From the sequence record PQ227241.1: a DNA stretch of 64,000 nucleotides; one strand, written 5' to 3'. The first letter of the stretch is position 1. The number at the start of each line of letters is the position of its first letter. Positions 58,360-64,000 of the stretch are shown here, one piece after another. Below the pieces are notes generated by a model. The model made no database searches and was not told the origin of the DNA. It saw only the letters and a list, made by a program, of their open reading frames with translations. A program made the translations under genes and the position numbers.

Positions 58360-58566
58360 TTAATCGACTTGTTGAGCACTATCATCAATATCGATTTTAT
58401 CTAGCTCATCAGTTAGAATATCTACTTCACTGTCTAGTACCGTATCATCATCAGCTACGGTGTCATCAATAACGGTTGATTTAGAAACGGCCTTATATAG
58501 ATTAATAGCGGCAACAGCGAGGGCACCAGTTGAGATAATTGCAGCTGCGATCTTTAGTACTTTCAT
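58360..58566 (-). CDS. Early small membrane protein with acidic tail
   Basis: N-terminal TM; Asp-rich C-terminus. Confidence 0.75.
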   Translation of the reverse strand: MKVLKIAAAIISTGALAVAAINLYKAVSKSTVIDDTVADDDTVLDSEVDILTDELDKIDIDDSAQQVD

Positions 58567-58621
58567 TTTCTATTTTCCTAATCATTAAGTTTTAATAAGT
58601 ATCCAATATAGATACATGTCT

Positions 58622-58646
58622 GTAATATAGATCTTAAACTTTTTTT
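58622..58646 (-). promoter_or_regulatory. Early-type promoter (TATATTAC)
   Basis: aaaaaagtttaagatcTATATTAC on the minus strand. Confidence 0.7.
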
Positions 58647-58675
58647 AGTGTAATAAAAAAATTAATGCGATATAA

Positions 58676-58697
58676 ACCCCCTCCCGAAGGAGAGGGT
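58676..58697 (-). terminator. UUCG-loop terminator
   Basis: accccctcc-cgaa-ggagagggt (G-U on the minus strand). Confidence 0.7.
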
Positions 58698-58707
58698 AAT
58701 ATGTATA

Positions 58708-59103
58708 TCAGTATTCCATCGAAGTTAATACTCGATAATGATCTAATAGTAAATCAATAACAGAGTAAAAAGAATCACAGTTGAATTGCGTATCTATATT
58801 TGCAGATACTCCAGTAATACGATTGATAATATGGAGACACTTAATATCTCCACCACGTTGTCTGATAAAAACAACTGCCCACACTGGCCACGTACTATCT
58901 GGTGTGGTGTCTTGAATAACTAATCTGTAATACCCATCATTTACTGTTTCAATGGATGCTTGGATTGGATCATCTGTATAAGCCGATTCTACTTGAACAT
59001 ATTGATCATTATAATAAAACATTTCCTTAATAAGTTTAGCACAGGCATGTAATGTCTCCATTACCTTAGCTGAACTATTTGGATTATATTGTTGATTAAA
59101 CAT
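58708..59103 (-). CDS. Monocistronic early hypothetical protein
   Basis: GAGG RBS; own promoter and terminator. Confidence 0.8.
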   Translation of the reverse strand: MFNQQYNPNSSAKVMETLHACAKLIKEMFYYNDQYVQVESAYTDDPIQASIETVNDGYYRLVIQDTTPDSTWPVWAVVFIRQRGGDIKCLHIINRITGVSANIDTQFNCDSFYSVIDLLLDHYRVLTSMEY

Positions 59104-59137
59104 GTCATTAACCTCTTAAGATATTGTATGCATAGTA

Positions 59138-59160
59138 GTAATATATATCTTAATTATTTT
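59138..59160 (-). promoter_or_regulatory. Early-type promoter (TATATTAC)
   Basis: aaaataattaagataTATATTAC on the minus strand. Confidence 0.7.
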
Positions 59161-59194
59161 TTAGTGTAGTTGTGAAAACTTAGAGGAATATACG

Positions 59195-59371
59195 ATGCCT
59201 AGTAAAAGTAAAAAACAACATAACTTCATGGCTGCTGTAGCCAATGATAAGAAGTTTGCTAAGAAAGTTGGTGTACCACAATCAGTTGGTAAAGACTTTG
59301 TTGAGGCTGATAAAAATAAAAAGAGTTTTGAAAGTGTTTCACTTAATAGCACTTATAAAGATAGTTACTAA
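59195..59371 (+). CDS. Small basic protein, 58 aa (missed by the track)
   Basis: GAGGA RBS; MPSKSKKQHNFMAAVANDKKFAKKVGVPQSVGKDFVEADKNKKSFESVSLNSTYKDSY; stop followed at once by the convergent-junction palindrome. Confidence 0.85.
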   Translation: MPSKSKKQHNFMAAVANDKKFAKKVGVPQSVGKDFVEADKNKKSFESVSLNSTYKDSY

Positions 59372-59403
59372 TATAATGCCCTCCCATTGCGGGAGGGCTT
59401 ATG
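59372..59403. repeat. 32-bp palindrome at convergent junction (copy 4 of 5)
   Basis: tataatgccctcccattgcgggagggcttatg, near-exact reverse complement of copy 1. Confidence 0.85.
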
Positions 59404-59413
59404 TTGCTTATAA

Positions 59414-61906
59414 TTATTTTAATACTAGATTTTTATTAAATACTTCTGGAGTACTAATATTAGCTGGATCAAGTACAATAAATTCAGCTTGGTTAAATGC
59501 ACCGTGTGTTGATTCAAAGTGGCTGATGAAGAACACTTGATTAACAATGCCATTTTCAATTAACCTGTTAATGAATGGAATAGCATTGGCTCGATGTTGT
59601 TCATCAAAAGTCCTGCTAAATTCATCTAAGAAAAGGGGCATGTCATCTAGATGTAAAAATTTCAAGATAGCCATTCTAAAAGCAAAATCAACAATCTCTA
59701 ATTGTGAGTCAGACCCGTATTCAATGTCCGGTGGCTGAACGTCACCACCTGCAATATGCATTGGGAACTTATAATCCATGCCATCTTTGTCAACATTAGA
59801 AGGTAATACTTCTAACCTATAAGTCCAAATCTCATTGATGTATGCATTTACTAGTTTAACTACTCCTTGTAAGAAACCTAATAAATAGCGACCAAGAATA
59901 CCACTTTTTGGTGATAATGCTTTTTCAAGAATAGCTAAATCAGTAGCCATTTGTTGTGCATGGTTAACTTCTGATTCTAAAACTTTAATACGTTCTTCAT
60001 GACGTTCCATTTCACTTAAACGGCTATGTACACTAGATAGTTCTAAGTTAACAGCATCAATCTCCGCTTGGTATGCCTTATCTACAAAGTTGTCAGCTGT
60101 ATCCACTATCTTTTTAATAAACTGCTCCCACCGTTCAATAAAAGAATGATACTTATCTTCCCATTCACGAATAGCATTACCAGCTTTATTGAAATGAGCT
60201 GCTTTTCTTTGTAAGTCAGTTGCTACATGTGTTTTATTATTAATTTCAGTTTCTAGTGCAGTTGTACGTGCCTTAATGAATCCTAATGCATCTTGATCCA
60301 TCTCAGCAATAACACGTAGTCGTTGAGCTAATAAAGTAGCTTCCGCATGAGCTTGCTTAGAGACAATGAGTTGCTGCATTGCATCTCGCCAGTCTAATGC
60401 ATCATTTATATATTTTGCTGGTGTGCGATACATTACGATATGCTCAGCTACATAGTTCCATAATGTATCAAATTCGTTATACTCTTTCGTTAATTGAACG
60501 TAGCCATGTACATAACTTACATATTCATTGAAGTCAGTCATGTACTGTTCAAGAACCTTGATCTCATTTGAACAGCTATCCATCGCTTCATCTAACTTAG
60601 CTTTGCGCTCTTCTGCTATTGTGATATCTTGTTCACTAACACCAGGTTTAAATGAATGAGTGCACGATGGACAAATAATAGATGCACATTCCTTAAATGA
60701 ATTTAGGCGTTGATTAATTTGTAAATACATGCCTTCCATGGTTGAATATTTACTTTTTAATTCTTTTAGCCTTTCTGCATTTTTAATAGCAGTTTCTTTA
60801 CTTAAGTAACCATTCTCATTATTAGGAAATGTAGTGAGAAGTTTGATCCAACGATCTGAGAGATCAGTAAGTTTACCAGATGGATCACCGTTAACAGAAA
60901 TGTCAACCAAAGGAAATCTACCGGTATACTTCTTATATTTACTAATAGCTTCTTCAGCAATGCGTGTATGATGTTCATGTCTGTCCTTAAGTTCTTGTAT
61001 TTCTTCTGGAGACATACGTTCAGCTGTATTCGGATTAGAGCTTTTTAATTCTTCTAATTCTTCAACTAAACGTGCAATAACTGCTTGTATAGATTTATAT
61101 TCTTCAATCTTCTTATTATTTAGTTCTAAGAAAGATTCATACCCATCTACTTTAACTTGAATAGGTAACATTGGAAATGACATTAACAATGAACGAGCTT
61201 CATCTAAGATAGAATCTAATTCTTTACGTGCAGTGGTTTCATCTCTAAAATGAAGGACACCTTTCTTATCACGTGTTTTATAAAGTAAATCAATACGACT
61301 AACTAACCGTTGTTTCACTTCTTTCAACTGTGTCATTTCTGAATCATTCAATACCCCATGGTGTTCTGTGACCAATCGCTTATTAATTGTTTTAACAGTA
61401 CCTTGCTGGTTAGATAATTCTTTACGTACTTTGTTATAAACATTAAATGCATAATCAAGGTTAACTACAGACATTCTAGTTAACCATGCTTTACGTTCAT
61501 TAGGTTTTAACTTTGTAAAACGCATCTTACCTGTCAACATTTCATGCAGTTCTCGGTTTAACCCGAAATGCGCCATTACAAGTTCTTCTTGTTCTTTAAA
61601 GGTATGACCACTATTTAATTCTTCATCATTACATAAAAAGGAATGATGTCCAGTGCCACGGTTATATTTAGAAATTAATTTATAGTCTTTACCATTTGCA
61701 TGACAATGGAAATGTTTCTCGCCACCTTGCTTGAAGTTTGAACTGCTAGATACAACAGGTGTCAGTTCACTAATAATAGATGATTTGCCAGAACCATTAC
61801 TACCAAGTATAACCATCATCTGTTTGCTTGGAGTCCATTCAAAATAATGTGTATTATTGGCCATCAACCTAGTATAGCCAATTAGCTTAAGTAGCTTGAT
61901 CTGCAT
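59414..61906 (-). CDS. sbcC: SbcC/Rad50-like SMC ATPase (phiKZ gp165-like)
   Basis: Walker A GSNGSGKS, long coiled coil, signature-like GSDSQ, Walker B LFLDEF, FISH. Confidence 0.9.
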   Translation of the reverse strand: MQIKLLKLIGYTRLMANNTHYFEWTPSKQMMVILGSNGSGKSSIISELTPVVSSSSNFKQGGEKHFHCHANGKDYKLISKYNRGTGHHSFLCNDEELNSGHTFKEQEELVMAHFGLNRELHEMLTGKMRFTKLKPNERKAWLTRMSVVNLDYAFNVYNKVRKELSNQQGTVKTINKRLVTEHHGVLNDSEMTQLKEVKQRLVSRIDLLYKTRDKKGVLHFRDETTARKELDSILDEARSLLMSFPMLPIQVKVDGYESFLELNNKKIEEYKSIQAVIARLVEELEELKSSNPNTAERMSPEEIQELKDRHEHHTRIAEEAISKYKKYTGRFPLVDISVNGDPSGKLTDLSDRWIKLLTTFPNNENGYLSKETAIKNAERLKELKSKYSTMEGMYLQINQRLNSFKECASIICPSCTHSFKPGVSEQDITIAEERKAKLDEAMDSCSNEIKVLEQYMTDFNEYVSYVHGYVQLTKEYNEFDTLWNYVAEHIVMYRTPAKYINDALDWRDAMQQLIVSKQAHAEATLLAQRLRVIAEMDQDALGFIKARTTALETEINNKTHVATDLQRKAAHFNKAGNAIREWEDKYHSFIERWEQFIKKIVDTADNFVDKAYQAEIDAVNLELSSVHSRLSEMERHEERIKVLESEVNHAQQMATDLAILEKALSPKSGILGRYLLGFLQGVVKLVNAYINEIWTYRLEVLPSNVDKDGMDYKFPMHIAGGDVQPPDIEYGSDSQLEIVDFAFRMAILKFLHLDDMPLFLDEFSRTFDEQHRANAIPFINRLIENGIVNQVFFISHFESTHGAFNQAEFIVLDPANISTPEVFNKNLVLK

Positions 61907-61955
61907 GATTAACCCTTAATAATGTCTTACTCTATAGAGTTAATAACCCTAGTAA

Positions 61956-63128
<1,173 letters not shown>

Positions 63129-63132
63129 AGAA

Positions 63133-63164
63133 CATAATGCCCTCCCACTATGGGAGGGCTTATG
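63133..63164. repeat. 32-bp palindrome at convergent junction (copy 5 of 5)
   Basis: cataatgccctcccactatgggagggcttatg. Confidence 0.85.
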
Positions 63165-63167
63165 CTG

Positions 63168-64000
63168 TTAAATACCTTCATTCTCATAATGAGTAATGCA
63201 GTGACTAACAAATGTTAACCAGACTTTAAGAGTTACTGCTAACCAATGGGTGTAGTTACCAACAGGTTCTGCTAATTTTCGGGATATCTCAGCGAGCATA
63301 TTAATTGCCTCGCCATTTGCCCTTCCCAATAACTCACTACGTTCAGCTAGCTGTCGAATTGAATCATCTACAACTACCTTAACTGTTTTATATTCTACTT
63401 CGCCTTGTTTAGCACGTTCAGCGATCGTTAAAATATTAGCAATACCAGTTACAATATCACTTAGCGTAGTTACAGAAGGTACTTCTATATCTCGTTCAGT
63501 GCTATCAATTGCATTGATTTGTAACTCTGTAAATTCCATTGTAAATGTATTGCGAACCATTTCTAGTGCAGATTGTTTATTAGTAACTGATGTAGCTATA
63601 TGGTCAGCATCAGTATAAACAAATGCACGATTAGCTGGTAAAATATAACTTCTATGGGTACCAGTAGAAGTAGTCTCACCTTTCTTTAATGGCTCATCCC
63701 CTGGCGGCGCTTTAAAATCACGACGCACTATATCGGCAAAAGATTGTAATAACTCATCAATGATTTCTGTAGTGGTATCTTCGCCTTGATTATCTAAGAT
63801 ATTCAATGCTTGTCTACTAATATTTCGAGCAATATTAGAAGTCATTTTAGGATAAGTCATTAAAATATAATTAGTGACTTCTTTGATATCTAAAAGATTA
63901 TCTGGTCGATCACCAATGAATTCACCGTTAATAGATAATCGCTGTAAACCAGAAACAGTCAATCGAGTATTAGTCGTACGATTACCTAGTTTTGCAAGTC
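63168..64000 (-). CDS. Inner head protein (phiKZ gp93/gp162 paralog family), 5' end outside the window
   Basis: Frame stays open to base 64000; SYILPANRAF motif; position next to spike/PAAR. Confidence 0.6.
   Translation of the reverse strand, partial: LAKLGNRTTNTRLTVSGLQRLSINGEFIGDRPDNLLDIKEVTNYILMTYPKMTSNIARNISRQALNILDNQGEDTTTEIIDELLQSFADIVRRDFKAPPGDEPLKKGETTSTGTHRSYILPANRAFVYTDADHIATSVTNKQSALEMVRNTFTMEFTELQINAIDSTERDIEVPSVTTLSDIVTGIANILTIAERAKQGEVEYKTVKVVVDDSIRQLAERSELLGRANGEAINMLAEISRKLAEPVGNYTHWLAVTLKVWLTFVSHCITHYENEGI

Noticed and set aside
59161-59738. Track ORFs 59161..59352 (-), 59244..59540 (+), 59547..59738 (+)
   Set aside because: They overlap the better-supported 59195..59371 gene, the palindrome and sbcC; no RBS or protein-like composition

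Overview
AT-rich segment of a phiKZ-related jumbo myovirus genome (Chimalliviridae-like; the host and the exact phage cannot be named from this window). Left part (1-19.4 kb, 24.3-33.2 kb, all minus strand): an early/accessory region of small unknown genes plus dTTP-supply enzymes (thyA, dcd, tmk), an SspB-like ClpXP adaptor, an AAA ATPase, a SLOG protein and a DEDDh exonuclease, punctuated by TATATTAC early-type promoters and hairpin terminators. Right part: the conserved phiKZ-type virion block, with SF2 helicase, tail-fibre-like protein, gp182-like protein, gp181-like tail lytic transglycosylase, virion RNAP beta'/beta subunits, gp176-like subunit, prohead protease, SbcC-like ATPase, spike plus PAAR, and an inner-head protein. 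phiKZ gp numbers are assigned from recalled motifs and gene order, not from a search. Top lead: a Tad1-like anti-Thoeris/CBASS signal-sponge domain fused behind a putative prohead-protease-cleavable leader, as the last gene of a structural operon, which suggests a virion-packaged immune-signal sponge. Other leads: a ~160-nt pseudoknotted intergenic RNA candidate, an extended SspB, a ~32-bp palindrome at all five convergent gene junctions, and small ORFs missed by the track. No tRNA, rRNA, CRISPR array or transposase was seen.
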